A DNA stretch of 64,000 nucleotides from positions 158-64,157 of the forward strand of contig WLRQ01000007.1 of the NCBI GenBank assembly GCA_009697815.1, read 5' to 3'. The notes under the pieces are model-generated. The model did no database searches, had not been told where the DNA came from, and saw only the letters and a program-made list of their open reading frames with translations. Each line of letters opens with the position of its first letter. Within the stretch, counting starts at the first letter, position 1. This DNA is from Actinomycetota bacterium. GTDB lineage: Bacteria > Actinomycetota > Actinomycetes > S36-B12 > CAIYMF01. The translations under genes and the position numbers were made by a program. Positions 1 through 10,029 of this stretch are shown one piece after another.

Positions 1-510
1 ACTCTGATCGTCACTCTGACGCCTACCCAGAGGTGGCCGCAGAGCACAGCAGTGGCGACCGTGCCGTGGGTGCGCAATGAACGCTCTGCACTGGTGGGGC
101 TCAAGTCGACCTCCTACGCCGAGAACGCCATCGCCCTCGCATCGGCGCAGCGCCGCGGGGCGTCTGAGGCGTTGCTGGCGGACACACGCGGTCGTCTCAG
201 CGAGGGAACCGGCAGCAACATCTTCGTGGTGGTCGCGGGGGAGGTCCTCACCCCGTCACTCGATTCTGGCTGCCTCGCAGGCGTCACACGCGAATTGCTG
301 ATCGAGTGGTCGCGAGACTTCGGGGGGATCTCCGAGACCGACCTGCCCTATGAGGTGCTCTTCAGCGCCGATGAGGTGTTCTTATCTTCCTCGACCCGAG
401 ATGTTCACCCCGTTCACAAGGTGGATTCGCGTGAGTTGCCAGTCGGACCGGTCGCAACCGACCTCGCGGCGATGTTCCTGGCCCGCGCCGCGGACGATCC
501 TGACCCGTGA
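1..510 (+). CDS. Aminotransferase class IV (ADC lyase / branched-chain aminotransferase-like), 5'-truncated by window edge
   Basis: Frame open from base 1; motifs GLKSTSY, EGTGSNIF, LAGVTR typical of fold-type IV PLP enzymes. Confidence 0.85.
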   Translation, partial: TLIVTLTPTQRWPQSTAVATVPWVRNERSALVGLKSTSYAENAIALASAQRRGASEALLADTRGRLSEGTGSNIFVVVAGEVLTPSLDSGCLAGVTRELLIEWSRDFGGISETDLPYEVLFSADEVFLSSSTRDVHPVHKVDSRELPVGPVATDLAAMFLARAADDPDP

Positions 511-632
511 CGCTGTCAGCTGACTTCCCAGGTGCGCGTGCTCAGCCCCGAGAGTTCAGTAAGGCCCCGACCAGGCTGAACGCGGTGCGGGTGATGCGGA
601 CAGGCTCGCATTTGGTAGGGTTCACCAGCACC

Positions 633-704
633 GGGCGATTGGCGCAGGGGTAGCGCGCTTCGTTCACACCGAAGAGGTCACTGGTTCGAAACCAGTATCG
701 CCCA
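633..704 (+). tRNA. tRNA-Val(CAC)
   Basis: Acceptor stem GGGCGAT/ATCGCCC, anticodon arm CTTCG-TTCACAC-CGAAG, T-loop TTCGAAA; CCA not encoded. Confidence 0.95.
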
Positions 705-708
705 CAAG

Positions 709-743
709 CGAAAGCCCCTGTATCACAGGGGCTTTCGGCGTTT
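709..743 (+). terminator. Intrinsic terminator after tRNA-Val
   Basis: 12-bp stem CGAAAGCCCCTG/CAGGGGCTTTCG, 5-nt loop, followed by a T-rich tract. Confidence 0.8.
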
Positions 744-748
744 CTTGT

Positions 749-895
749 CTACTTTCCCGGTGTCGCCCCCGTCAGATGTGTTCGTCGCGGTGTGGGATCA
801 GGCCGCTCATCGTCTTCCACGACGTGCCTCACGGGCTTGCCCCGAGGGCGTGTATCGCCTCGCCGCCACATCAGTCCTTGGGTGACCTTGGGCAT
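749..895 (-). CDS. Possible 48-aa small protein ([14 protein letters not shown]...)
   Basis: ATG at 895 preceded by GAGGAG; fills the tRNA-thrS gap; no recognisable domain. Confidence 0.25.
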   Translation of the reverse strand: MPKVTQGLMWRRGDTRPRGKPVRHVVEDDERPDPTPRRTHLTGATPGK

Positions 896-1079
896 CCCGC
901 TCCTCGATCGCTGCCAGGCGGCGACCGTGGTGTGCCCAGATGCCAGATCGGCTCCCGCACCTCGCGATGGCGCGGCGCGGGTAGGCTCGGACCTCCAGAG
1001 CCCGGCGCTTCGTACCCGCCGGTCCCCATCAGGGCCGACCCCTCGTGACGGTCGTTCCATCGAGCACCAGGAGAACGCC

Positions 1080-3086
1080 GTGCCTCAGATCACCGTCCGT
1101 GACCAAGACGGGAACCTCGAGGAGAGGTCGGTTCCAGACGGCTCCACGGCAGCCGAACTCTTCCCGGATCGCAGCGTCGTGGTGGCCCGTGTCTCTGGCG
1201 AACTCAAGGACCTCTCGTACGTGGTGGCCCAGGGTGACACCCTCGAGCCCGTTGCCGTTGACTCAGAAGACGGGCGCTCAGTGCTGCGGCACTCGACAGC
1301 ACACGTCCTAGCCCAGGCCGTGCAGCAGCTCTTCCCGGAGGCAAAGCTCGGAATCGGCCCGCCCATTCGCGATGGTTTCTACTACGACTTCGATGTGGCC
1401 CGCCCATTCACCCCTGACGATCTCGCATCCATCGAGAAGCGCATGCAGGAAATCGTCAAATCAGGGCAGCGCTTCTCCCGTCGTGTTGTGAGCGAGGACG
1501 AGGCGCGCGCCGAGCTCGCCGACCAGCCTTACAAGCTCGAACTCATCGGCCTCAAGGGCGGGGCATCGGCCGACGAACTTGGCGACATCATGGAAGTGGG
1601 TGGCGCCGAGCTCACGATCTACGACAACCTCGATAGCAAGACGGGTGAGCGTTCCTGGTGCGATCTCTGCCGGGGTCCGCATGTGCCAACGACCAGGGTG
1701 ATCCCCGCATTCAAGTTGATGAGATCCGCGGCGGCCTACTGGCGCGGAAGCGAGAAGAACCCGATGTTGCAGCGGATCTACGGCACCGCCTGGGAGAGCC
1801 GGGATGCGCTCAAGGCGCACCTTGCATTCCTCGAAGAGGCCGAGAAGCGCGACCATCGTCGCCTCGGCACCGAGCTCGACCTGTTCAGTTTCCCCGACGA
1901 GATCGGCTCAGGGCTCGCGGTGTTTCACCCGAAGGGTGGGGTGGTCCGTCGCGCCATGGAGGACTACTCCCGTCAACAGCATGAGCGGGCGGGATATGAA
2001 TTCGTCAACACACCACATCTGACCAAGGGCACGCTCTACGAGATTTCCGGTCACCTCGACTGGTACTCCGAGGGTATGTATCCGCCCATGGAGCTCGACG
2101 CGGAGTACGACGCGACGGGTGCACTGAAGCGGGCCGGCCAGAAGTACTACATGAAGCCCATGAACTGCCCCATGCACAACCTCATCTTCTCGGCGCGAGG
2201 TCGCTCCTACCGTGAGTTGCCATTGCGCCTGTTCGAGTTCGGAACGGTCTACCGCTATGAGAAGTCAGGCGTCGTGCACGGCCTCACACGGGCGCGAGGC
2301 TTCACCCAAGACGATGCTCACATCTATTGCACCGTCGATCAGATGCCTGGTGAACTCGATTCACTGTTGACCTTCGTGCTCGATCTGCTGCGCGATTACG
2401 GCCTCGACGACTTCTATCTCGAGCTTTCGACTAAGGATCCAGTCAAGTTCGTCGGTTCTGACGACGACTGGGATCGCGCGACCGAGACGCTACGGGCGGC
2501 TGCCGAACGTCAGGGTCTAGGGCTGGTGATGGACCCAGGAGGCGCAGCCTTCTACGGCCCCAAGATCTCCGTCCAGGCGAAGGACGCCATCGGGCGCACT
2601 TGGCAGATGTCGACTATCCAGGTCGACTTCAACCTGCCCGAGAGATTCGAGCTTGAGTACACCGCGGCAGACGGCACCCGACAGCGGCCCGTCATGATCC
2701 ACCGCGCTCTCTTTGGATCAATCGAGCGGTTCTTCGCCGTCCTGCTGGAGCACTACGCAGGCGCGTTCCCGACCTGGCTGGCGCCGGTGCAGGTGGTGGG
2801 TATCCCGATCACGGATGGCCACGTTGACTACCTGCAGGATGTGGCTCGCGAGTTGCGCGCAGCGGGTATTCGGATCGAGGTCGATTCGTCCGACGATCGC
2901 ATGCAGAAGAAGATCCGCAACGCCCAGAAACAGAAGGTGCCCTACATGCTGATCGCGGGAGACGAAGACGTCGCGAACGGGGCAGTGTCCTTCCGCTATC
3001 GAGACGGTACTCAGAAGAACGGCGTACCCATCGCTGAGGCGATCGCTGAGGTTGTCGACTCGGTGGTGCGTCGTGTCCAAGTCTGA
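1080..3086 (+). CDS. thrS: Threonine--tRNA ligase
   Basis: TGS domain, [26 protein letters not shown] motifs; start moved to GTG 1080 behind a CAGGAG RBS. Confidence 0.98.
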   Translation: MPQITVRDQDGNLEERSVPDGSTAAELFPDRSVVVARVSGELKDLSYVVAQGDTLEPVAVDSEDGRSVLRHSTAHVLAQAVQQLFPEAKLGIGPPIRDGFYYDFDVARPFTPDDLASIEKRMQEIVKSGQRFSRRVVSEDEARAELADQPYKLELIGLKGGASADELGDIMEVGGAELTIYDNLDSKTGERSWCDLCRGPHVPTTRVIPAFKLMRSAAAYWRGSEKNPMLQRIYGTAWESRDALKAHLAFLEEAEKRDHRRLGTELDLFSFPDEIGSGLAVFHPKGGVVRRAMEDYSRQQHERAGYEFVNTPHLTKGTLYEISGHLDWYSEGMYPPMELDAEYDATGALKRAGQKYYMKPMNCPMHNLIFSARGRSYRELPLRLFEFGTVYRYEKSGVVHGLTRARGFTQDDAHIYCTVDQMPGELDSLLTFVLDLLRDYGLDDFYLELSTKDPVKFVGSDDDWDRATETLRAAAERQGLGLVMDPGGAAFYGPKISVQAKDAIGRTWQMSTIQVDFNLPERFELEYTAADGTRQRPVMIHRALFGSIERFFAVLLEHYAGAFPTWLAPVQVVGIPITDGHVDYLQDVARELRAAGIRIEVDSSDDRMQKKIRNAQKQKVPYMLIAGDEDVANGAVSFRYRDGTQKNGVPIAEAIAEVVDSVVRRVQV

Positions 3087-3615
3087 GTTCGCGCCGTCCG
3101 GATCAGATGCATGGGACCGTCTCTGGACCCCACATCGCATGGCCTATATCCGCGGCGAGAACAAGCCAACCCATGAACGTCCCGGTGACGAGTGTCCGTT
3201 CTGTCGGGCACCCACGCTTGCAGGCGCTGACAGCCTCGTGGTGGCACGAGGTGAGTCCGTGTACGTCGTGCTGAACCTCTACCCCTACAACGCCGGCCAC
3301 CTGATGGTGTGTCCGTTCCGGCATGTCCCCGACTACACCGATCTCACTGAGGAGGAGGTCGCCGAGTTGGGTGCGTACACCCAACGCTCCATGGCGGCAC
3401 TTCGCGACGTGTCTGGTGCTCAGGGATTCAACATTGGGCTGAACCAGGGCGCGATCGCTGGCGCCGGCATTGCCGGGCACCTCCATCAGCACATCGTTCC
3501 CCGCTGGTCTGGAGACACCAACTTCATGCCCGTGATCGGGGGTACGCGCACGATGCCCCAGTTGCTCGAGTCCACGCGCGATCTTCTGGTGTCTGCCTGG
3601 CCCGAAGGGGCGTGA
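3073..3615 (+). CDS. HIT family protein (Ap4A phosphorylase-like, Rv2613c type)
   Basis: [12 protein letters not shown]-terminus, [14 protein letters not shown] histidine triad; typical position after thrS. Confidence 0.93.
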   Translation: MSKSEFAPSGSDAWDRLWTPHRMAYIRGENKPTHERPGDECPFCRAPTLAGADSLVVARGESVYVVLNLYPYNAGHLMVCPFRHVPDYTDLTEEEVAELGAYTQRSMAALRDVSGAQGFNIGLNQGAIAGAGIAGHLHQHIVPRWSGDTNFMPVIGGTRTMPQLLESTRDLLVSAWPEGA

Positions 3616-3689
3616 TCCCCCCTGCGCTGTGTCACTAGGAGGGGTTCTCGCTGCTTGATGAGCTATGAATGGAAGGGAGAGGCAGGGTG

Positions 3690-4169
3690 ATGGCCAGCGG
3701 ACCACTCCTGCTCTTCGATGGCGATTGCGCGTTCTGCACGTCGAGCGTGGGTTGGTTCGTGCGGGCGTTCCCCCACGCCTTTGTTGCCCTGCCCTACCAG
3801 CGCGCCAAACTCGAACTCCTGGGATTGACGGAATCCGAATGCCATTCCCGCCTCCAATGGATTTCGGACACCTCCATGGCAGCGACCTCGCGCGAGTCGG
3901 GCGCGCGGGCCGTCGGTTCGATGATGCGCTCAGGCGGGCGGTCACTCCGGGCGAGCGCGGTCGATCGCGACTCAACTCCTCCTGCCGACGCACACCCCAG
4001 GGCCGCGACCCGATCTCGGCTGCGCCTGAGAGCATCCGGGGCGCTCTGGATCGTGTGCGGCGTCCTGGCACTTGTGCCGCCTACCTCGTGGATTGCCGCA
4101 GGCATTTATTGGGCAGTGGCCGCCAACCGCCACGCCCTCCCCGGCGGCACCCCCGCCTGCCACCTCTAA
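3690..4169 (+). CDS. DCC family thiol-disulfide oxidoreductase (DUF393) with internal insertion
   Basis: LLFDGDCAFC (DxxCxxC) at N-terminus, C-terminal LPGGTPAC. Confidence 0.82.
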   Translation: MASGPLLLFDGDCAFCTSSVGWFVRAFPHAFVALPYQRAKLELLGLTESECHSRLQWISDTSMAATSRESGARAVGSMMRSGGRSLRASAVDRDSTPPADAHPRAATRSRLRLRASGALWIVCGVLALVPPTSWIAAGIYWAVAANRHALPGGTPACHL

Positions 4170-4393
4170 CCCCCCCATTTTGTGGTCAATGTGCCCTGGG
4201 CGGCCCTAGAGGCCCTTGAACTTCCCCATTGAACAAGCCTGGCAAGAGTTCAGCAGTGGAACCTTCCTGGCCCTCAGCCTCTCGACAGCGCAGCCCCCGA
4301 GGCCACTATCCGAGGCCGAATTCGTCCCCAATGGGGAAACTCAGCGGCCTCTAAGGCCGCTCAGGGCACATTCACCACGAGATTGGGGGGTTA
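4167..4393. repeat. 227-bp element with 65-bp imperfect terminal inverted repeats (REPIN/MITE-like)
   Basis: 4167-4231 matches the reverse complement of 4329-4393 at 55/65 positions without gaps; each arm carries an internal GGCC-based hairpin. Confidence 0.85.
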
Positions 4394-6541
4394 GCGGCCG
4401 TGGGGGGTGGCGGCGAGTTTCTTGGCTACTTGGGGGGGCATCGGTTCGTGGCCGGTGTAGCTACGGGTGAAGGTGGCGGTGCCATGGGATAACGAGCGCA
4501 ATTCGACGGCGTAGCGGGTGAGCTCCAACTGGGGGACATCCGCCTTGATCTGCGTGCGGCCTGTGCCAACGGGTTCACTGCCTAAGACGCGCCCTCGACG
4601 GATCGAGAGATCGCCCATCACCGCGCCCACGTATTCGTCCGCGACCAGGACAAGGATCTGATCGACGGGTTCGAGCAACGCGATGGAGCCGGAGGCTGCC
4701 GCGTCCTTGAGTGCCAGCCCGCCAGCGGTCGCGAACGCCATGTCTGAGGAGTCAACAGAGTGCGACTTGCCATCGACAAGCGTGACGCGGATGTCGACCA
4801 ACGGATACCCGAGAGCGACTCCGTGGTCCATCTGGCCACGCACACCCTTCTCGATACTTGCGACGAACTGGCGCGGGACCGACCCGCCCACCACCTTGTC
4901 CACGAACTCGAATCCAGTTCCGGCCGGCAGCGGCTCGACCTCGATATCGCAGACTGCGAACTGGCCGTGGCCACCTGACTGCTTGACCAGGCGCCCATGG
5001 CCTTTGCTGACGACTGTGAAGGTCTCGCGCAACGAAACGCGGAGCGGGACGGAGTCCACAGCGACGCCGTACCTGTTGCGGAGACGGTCCAGGACGACGT
5101 CGACATGCGCCTCGCCCATGCACCACAGCACGAGCTGGTTCGTCTCGGGATTGCGTTCGAGACGCATGGTCGGGTCTTCCGCGACCAGACGGCCCAATCC
5201 CTGTGCGAGTTTGTCCTCGTCTGGCTTGGAGTGCGCGACGATCGCGACGGGAAGCAGCGGATCGGGCATCAGCCACGGCTCGATCAGCAGAGGGTGTGAT
5301 TTGTCGGAGATCGTGTCACCGGTCTCGGCCCGGCCAAGTCTTGCGACCGCCACGATGTCGCCTGCGATTCCCGCAGTGACGAGGCGCTGCGTTTTCCCCA
5401 GCGGGGATGACAGAGTTCCCACGCGTTCATCGACATCGTGGTCCTCGTGCCCTCGATCGACGGCGAAGTGTCCCGAGACGTGGACGATCACGTCCGGGCG
5501 CAAGGTACCGCTGAAGACGCGCACAAGGGACACGCGACCGACGTACGGGTCGGACGTGGTCTTGATCACCTCAGCGCAGAGCGGCCCATCGATGTCGCAG
5601 ACCAGGGGATTGGTTGGTGTGCCATCGGGCGCAGTCACCATCGGCAAGGCATGCTCGTTCGGTGACGGAAATCCACTAATGATGAGTTCGAGAACCTCAT
5701 ACATGCCCGTCGCGATTGGGGTCGTGGCGGTTCCGACGACGGGGTAGAAGGAACCTCGCGCTACTGCGGTCTCGAGATCGGCCAGCAGCACAGTGAGGTC
5801 GATCTCCTCTCCCGCGAGATAGCGTTCCATGAGGGTCTCGTCCTCGCTCTCGGCGATGATTCCCTCGATGAGGTAGCCGCGGGCAGTGTCGATCAGCGGC
5901 ACGTGTTCGACGTCGGGCGCCTTGGTTACACGCTCGCCCGAGGTGTAGTCGACTACCTGCTGGGATAGCAGTCCGATCAGACCCCCGACCGAGCCGTTAT
6001 CGCGGTGCATCGGAAGGTGCAGGGGTAGCACGCCCTCGCCGAACACGCGCTGACAGATCGCGACAACGTCGTCGAAGTCGGCCCGTTCCTTGTCCAGCTT
6101 GGTGATCACGACGGCCCGAGGCATCCCGACTGCAGCGCACTCCTCCCAGAGCAGTTGCGTGGCCACGTCAACACCCTCGACCGCCGAGATCACGAACAGT
6201 GCAGCGTCCGCGGCACGCAAACCTGCGCGTAGGTCTCCCACGAAGTCGGCGTAGCCCGGGGTATCGATGAGGTTGACCTTGACCCCAGCAAACTCGAGTG
6301 GCGCGAGCGTGAGTCCGACGGATCTGTGCTGCCGCACCTCTGCCTCGTCGAAATCAGAGATCGTCGTGCCCTCCTCGACGTGGCCCGCCCGGGCCACGGT
6401 TCCGGCTTGGACGAGAAGGTGTTCAACCAGCGTGGTCTTCCCCGACCCCGACGGCCCTACCAGGACGACATTGCGGATCTTGTCGGGGCTGACAGGCGCG
6501 GGCCCGCCTACCCCGGCGCCCGGGCTGTTCTTCTCGGCCAT
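4391..6541 (-). CDS. fusA2: Elongation factor G-like protein EF-G2
   Basis: EF-G domain layout; GPSGSGKTT, DTPGYADF, TKLD, KQSGGHGQF, DGKSHSVDSS. Confidence 0.93.
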   Translation of the reverse strand: MAEKNSPGAGVGGPAPVSPDKIRNVVLVGPSGSGKTTLVEHLLVQAGTVARAGHVEEGTTISDFDEAEVRQHRSVGLTLAPLEFAGVKVNLIDTPGYADFVGDLRAGLRAADAALFVISAVEGVDVATQLLWEECAAVGMPRAVVITKLDKERADFDDVVAICQRVFGEGVLPLHLPMHRDNGSVGGLIGLLSQQVVDYTSGERVTKAPDVEHVPLIDTARGYLIEGIIAESEDETLMERYLAGEEIDLTVLLADLETAVARGSFYPVVGTATTPIATGMYEVLELIISGFPSPNEHALPMVTAPDGTPTNPLVCDIDGPLCAEVIKTTSDPYVGRVSLVRVFSGTLRPDVIVHVSGHFAVDRGHEDHDVDERVGTLSSPLGKTQRLVTAGIAGDIVAVARLGRAETGDTISDKSHPLLIEPWLMPDPLLPVAIVAHSKPDEDKLAQGLGRLVAEDPTMRLERNPETNQLVLWCMGEAHVDVVLDRLRNRYGVAVDSVPLRVSLRETFTVVSKGHGRLVKQSGGHGQFAVCDIEVEPLPAGTGFEFVDKVVGGSVPRQFVASIEKGVRGQMDHGVALGYPLVDIRVTLVDGKSHSVDSSDMAFATAGGLALKDAAASGSIALLEPVDQILVLVADEYVGAVMGDLSIRRGRVLGSEPVGTGRTQIKADVPQLELTRYAVELRSLSHGTATFTRSYTGHEPMPPQVAKKLAATPHGR

Positions 6542-6648
6542 CTCGGTCGCCTCCTGCAGTACTCATGGATCGTGTTGTTCACCTTTCACCCGCGGATCCC
6601 GCGAGGCAACCGCTTCCGTGAAGCAGCCGCCGTTAGGCTCGTGCCGTC

Positions 6649-7272
6649 ATGCTGAACAACACCTCCGTGCGCCGTGCCGTGTCCGTGGTCGTCGAGCCGG
6701 TCGCGCGTGGGTTGCTGCGGTTGCACATATCGCCGGACGCCGTGACTTTCGTCGGCACGCTCGGTACCTGTGCTGCTGCTCTCGTGTTCTTCCCGCGCGA
6801 GTCGTGGTTCATGGGTGCGCTGGTGATCACGATCTTCGTCGTGAGTGACCTTATCGACGGAACGATGGCCAGGCTGTCTGGACGCTCCGGTCCGTGGGGC
6901 GCATTCCTCGACTCCACCCTCGATCGCGTCGCCGATGGGGCCATCTTCGGTGCGATGATCCTTGGTTTGACGCACGCGGGCGATATTCGAACCGCCTGGG
7001 TTGCGCTCGCCTGTCTGGTCGGTGGGGGGGTGGTCTCCTACGCAAAGGCACGCGCCGGAAGTCTCGGGGTCGAGTGCAATGTCGGGGTCGCAGAGCGACC
7101 GGAGCGGATCCTGATCGCCCTGGTGGCCGCCGGGCTTTATGGTCTCGGAATTCCCTACCTCTTGCCGGCGGCTCTCTGGGTCCTTGCGGTGCTCACCTGG
7201 TTCACGGTCTTTCAACGCGTGATGCATGTCCGACGCCAGATGCGACCGGGCCTCGGCACGGATCCGACGTGA
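6649..7272 (+). CDS. pgsA: Phosphatidylinositol phosphate synthase (CDP-alcohol phosphatidyltransferase)
   Basis: DLIDGTMAR...G..GAFLDSTLDR signature; first gene of PIM operon. Confidence 0.95.
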   Translation: MLNNTSVRRAVSVVVEPVARGLLRLHISPDAVTFVGTLGTCAAALVFFPRESWFMGALVITIFVVSDLIDGTMARLSGRSGPWGAFLDSTLDRVADGAIFGAMILGLTHAGDIRTAWVALACLVGGGVVSYAKARAGSLGVECNVGVAERPERILIALVAAGLYGLGIPYLLPAALWVLAVLTWFTVFQRVMHVRRQMRPGLGTDPT

Positions 7273-8183
7273 GCACGATCGGCGAGGTGCTCTCCAATGT
7301 CGGTTTCGGCATCGGCTGGGCGGCCGTCCGACGGATGCCAGAGCGTGCCGCATACGGGCTCTTCGATCGTGTCGCTGACGCCATGCTCGCGCGTCGCGGC
7401 GGGCAGGTACTTCGTCTGGAGTCCAACCTACGACGCGTCGTAGGGCCGGATCTGAGCGAGGCTGATCTGCGACTTCTGGTGCGTGCCGGGATGCGTTCTT
7501 ACTTTCGCTATTGGTGTGAGGCCTTCCGGCTCCCTGGGTGGAGCCGGGCACGAATAGTCGAGTCAATTCGGGTTATCGACGACCACAATCTCGCGGACGC
7601 TCTCGCGACCGGACGAGGAGTCGTGGTCGTGCTGCCCCACATGGGCAACTGGGACCACGCGGGTGCGTGGGCCACACTCAAGCATTCGCCGGTGGTCACT
7701 GTGGCCGAGCGGTTGGAGCCAGAGGACCTTTACGAGAAGTTTCTGGCTTTCCGTCGTGGTCTGGGGATGGACGTGATCCCACTCACGGGAGGCGATCCAC
7801 CGTTCCCATACTTGGCCGACCGGCTACGCGAGGGTGCTCTCGTGGCACTTCTCGGCGATCGCGACCTCGGTAATTCGGGGGTGCCCGTTGATTTCTTCGG
7901 GTCGCGGGCGAAGTTCCCGGCTGGCCCTTCGGCTCTGGCGGTCGATACAGGCGCGGTGCTGCTGCCCGCGACGCTTTTTCTACGCGAGGGGGTCAATTGG
8001 GTGCGTTTTCACGCGCCCATCGAGATTCCCGTGGCAGGGGAGCGTTCACGTCGCATCTTCCGCTCCACTCAACTTGTGGCAGATGTCTTCGCAGCTGGGA
8101 TCGCGGAACATCCCTCGGATTGGCACATGCTTCAGCGGCTCTGGGTGCAGGACCTCGATCCAGTCAGGACGGCGACACGATGA
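7269..8183 (+). CDS. patA: Phosphatidylinositol mannoside acyltransferase
   Basis: PHMGNWD acyltransferase motif, C-terminal DWHMLQRLW; between pgsA and pimA; start GTG overlapping pgsA stop. Confidence 0.92.
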   Translation: MSTIGEVLSNVGFGIGWAAVRRMPERAAYGLFDRVADAMLARRGGQVLRLESNLRRVVGPDLSEADLRLLVRAGMRSYFRYWCEAFRLPGWSRARIVESIRVIDDHNLADALATGRGVVVVLPHMGNWDHAGAWATLKHSPVVTVAERLEPEDLYEKFLAFRRGLGMDVIPLTGGDPPFPYLADRLREGALVALLGDRDLGNSGVPVDFFGSRAKFPAGPSALAVDTGAVLLPATLFLREGVNWVRFHAPIEIPVAGERSRRIFRSTQLVADVFAAGIAEHPSDWHMLQRLWVQDLDPVRTATR

Positions 8184-8217
8184 CCGTGAGCCGTGTGCCC
8201 TCGCAGGTGGCCGTCCC

Positions 8218-9399
8218 ATGAAGATTGGGATCGTGTGCCCCTACGACTGGTCGGCACCGGGCGGCGTCCAGGTTCACGTGCGGGATCTCGCCGTGGCGCT
8301 CGAACGGCTCGGACACCAGGTGAGCGTCCTTGCCCCGTGCGACGACGAGGCAGATCTCCAGCACTTCGTGGTGTCATCTGGTCGTCCAGTATCGGTCTCG
8401 TACAACGGCTCGAAGGCGAAGGTGACCTTTGGCCCGGTGTCGACTAGGCGCGTGCGCCGGTGGCTGCGAGAGGGTGACTTCGACGTGCTCCACGTACACG
8501 AGCCGGCATCCCCGAGCGTCTCCATTTTGTCGTGCTGGTCCGCGCGTGGACCGATTGTGGCGACGTGGCATTCGTCCATGGAGAGGTCTCGCGCGCTCGC
8601 AGCGATGTACTCCATCGTGCAGACGGCACTCGAGAAGGTGTCCGCGCGCATCGCGGTAAGCGAGGCGGCGCGCCAAACCCTCGTCGAACACATGGGCGGC
8701 GACGCCGTATTGATCCCGAATGGGGTCGACTGCTCGGCTTTCGGCGGTGTGGAACCGTTGCCTGGTTGGCCGGGGGAGGGCGGCGCACTGTTCTTCATCG
8801 GTCGCATCGACGAGTCGCGCAAGGGCTTATCGGTTCTCCTCGAAGCCCTTCCCACCATCGCCAAGGCCCATCCTGGCGTCCGTCTCCTTGTGGCCGGTCC
8901 GGGTGACATCGAGGAGTTCCGCTCAAGCCTTCCTGCCGACATTGTCGCCCGAGTGGATTTCCTGGGGCTGGTGAGCGAGGAGGTGAAGCGGCGAGCGTTT
9001 GTTTCCGCCGACATCTACGTGGCGCCCAACACTGGCGGCGAGAGTTTCGGGATCGTGCTCCTCGAGGCGATGGCGAGCGGAACACCGGTGCTGGCAAGTG
9101 ATATCGAGGCTTTCCGTAGTGTCCTCGACGATGGTCGCGTGGGTGCTTTGTTCTCGAATGAGGACCCTCAGGATCTCGCCCGTGCGGCGATCGCCCTGCT
9201 CGATGACACCTCCGAAAGGGCCCGACTCTCGCGAGACGGGGTTTCTCGTGCGCGCGAGTTCGACTGGGAGATCGTCGCCCGGCATGTCCTCGAGGTTTAC
9301 GAGGCGGTCACCGTAAGCGGTGAGAAGGTATCGGAGGACTTCCGCGGGCAGTTGGTCGGCCGGCTCTCCCGTGGTGATCGAGATGACAGGAACGATTAG
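8218..9399 (+). CDS. pimA: Phosphatidyl-myo-inositol alpha-mannosyltransferase (GT4)
   Basis: MKIGIVCPYDW..PGGVQ N-terminus, GGESFGIVLLEAMA GT4 motif. Confidence 0.93.
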   Translation: MKIGIVCPYDWSAPGGVQVHVRDLAVALERLGHQVSVLAPCDDEADLQHFVVSSGRPVSVSYNGSKAKVTFGPVSTRRVRRWLREGDFDVLHVHEPASPSVSILSCWSARGPIVATWHSSMERSRALAAMYSIVQTALEKVSARIAVSEAARQTLVEHMGGDAVLIPNGVDCSAFGGVEPLPGWPGEGGALFFIGRIDESRKGLSVLLEALPTIAKAHPGVRLLVAGPGDIEEFRSSLPADIVARVDFLGLVSEEVKRRAFVSADIYVAPNTGGESFGIVLLEAMASGTPVLASDIEAFRSVLDDGRVGALFSNEDPQDLARAAIALLDDTSERARLSRDGVSRAREFDWEIVARHVLEVYEAVTVSGEKVSEDFRGQLVGRLSRGDRDDRND

Positions 9400-9401
9400 C
9401 G

Positions 9402-9968
9402 ATGGATTGGTTCACCCAAGTTCTCGTCGTCGCCGTCCTTGTGGGCGGCATCGGCGTCTACCTGTCCTCGACGGCGGGCCGTCTCGACCGACTTCACCAT
9501 CGGCTCGAGACCACGTTCGCGGCACTGGACGCGCAGCTGCTGCGCCGCGGGGCTGCCGCTCAGGAGCTGGCTTCATCCGGGCTCCTCGATCCGGCCGCTT
9601 CCCTGGTCCTTGCTGAGGCGGCACAAGGTGCGCTCGCGGCTGATCCCGACGACGAATCACGCCGATCCGTCGTCGAGAGCGAATTGACCCGCGCCATCGG
9701 GGCGGTTCTGGCAACCCGTGAGGATGCCGATGAGGTGCGAGCGAGCGCCGGACCTGACCTCGCGCTGGCCAACCAATTGCTCGACGAACTCGCTGTGGGC
9801 TGTCGTCGTGTAGGGCTGGCCAGAAGGTTTCACAACGACGTGGTGCGCAGCACCTTGCAGCTGCGCCGCAAGCGGGTCGTGAGGTGGTTCCGCCTCGCTG
9901 GTCACACACCGATTCCCACCACGTCAGATTTCGACGACACGCCTCCCGCGGGCTTGTCCACGATCTGA
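9402..9968 (+). CDS. Conserved membrane-anchored helical protein (LemA-like; no NUDIX domain)
   Basis: N-terminal TM helix, RLDRLHHR, RRFHNDVV...RWFRLAG; usual neighbour of pimA in actinobacteria. Confidence 0.75.
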   Translation: MDWFTQVLVVAVLVGGIGVYLSSTAGRLDRLHHRLETTFAALDAQLLRRGAAAQELASSGLLDPAASLVLAEAAQGALAADPDDESRRSVVESELTRAIGAVLATREDADEVRASAGPDLALANQLLDELAVGCRRVGLARRFHNDVVRSTLQLRRKRVVRWFRLAGHTPIPTTSDFDDTPPAGLSTI

Positions 9969-10029
9969 CCTCGACGCGTTTACCCTGAGGCTGGCCCTCA
10001 CGACGGGGGCCTCGAGGCGAGGAATCTTC

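Noticed and set aside
792-1079. N-terminal extension of thrS, or a T-box leader
   Set aside because: RBS and homology point to GTG 1080; no T-box sequence or antiterminator recognised
633-1079. tRNA-Val as an occupied integration site
   Set aside because: No integrase or duplicated tRNA 3' end; thrS follows almost directly
4683-5747. 354-aa plus-strand ORF, and similar long ORFs at 23088-24212 (+), 30905-32239 (-), 35466-36479 (-) and 60917-62071 (-)
   Set aside because: Antisense shadows of well-supported genes, as expected in high-GC DNA with few stop codons; no motifs
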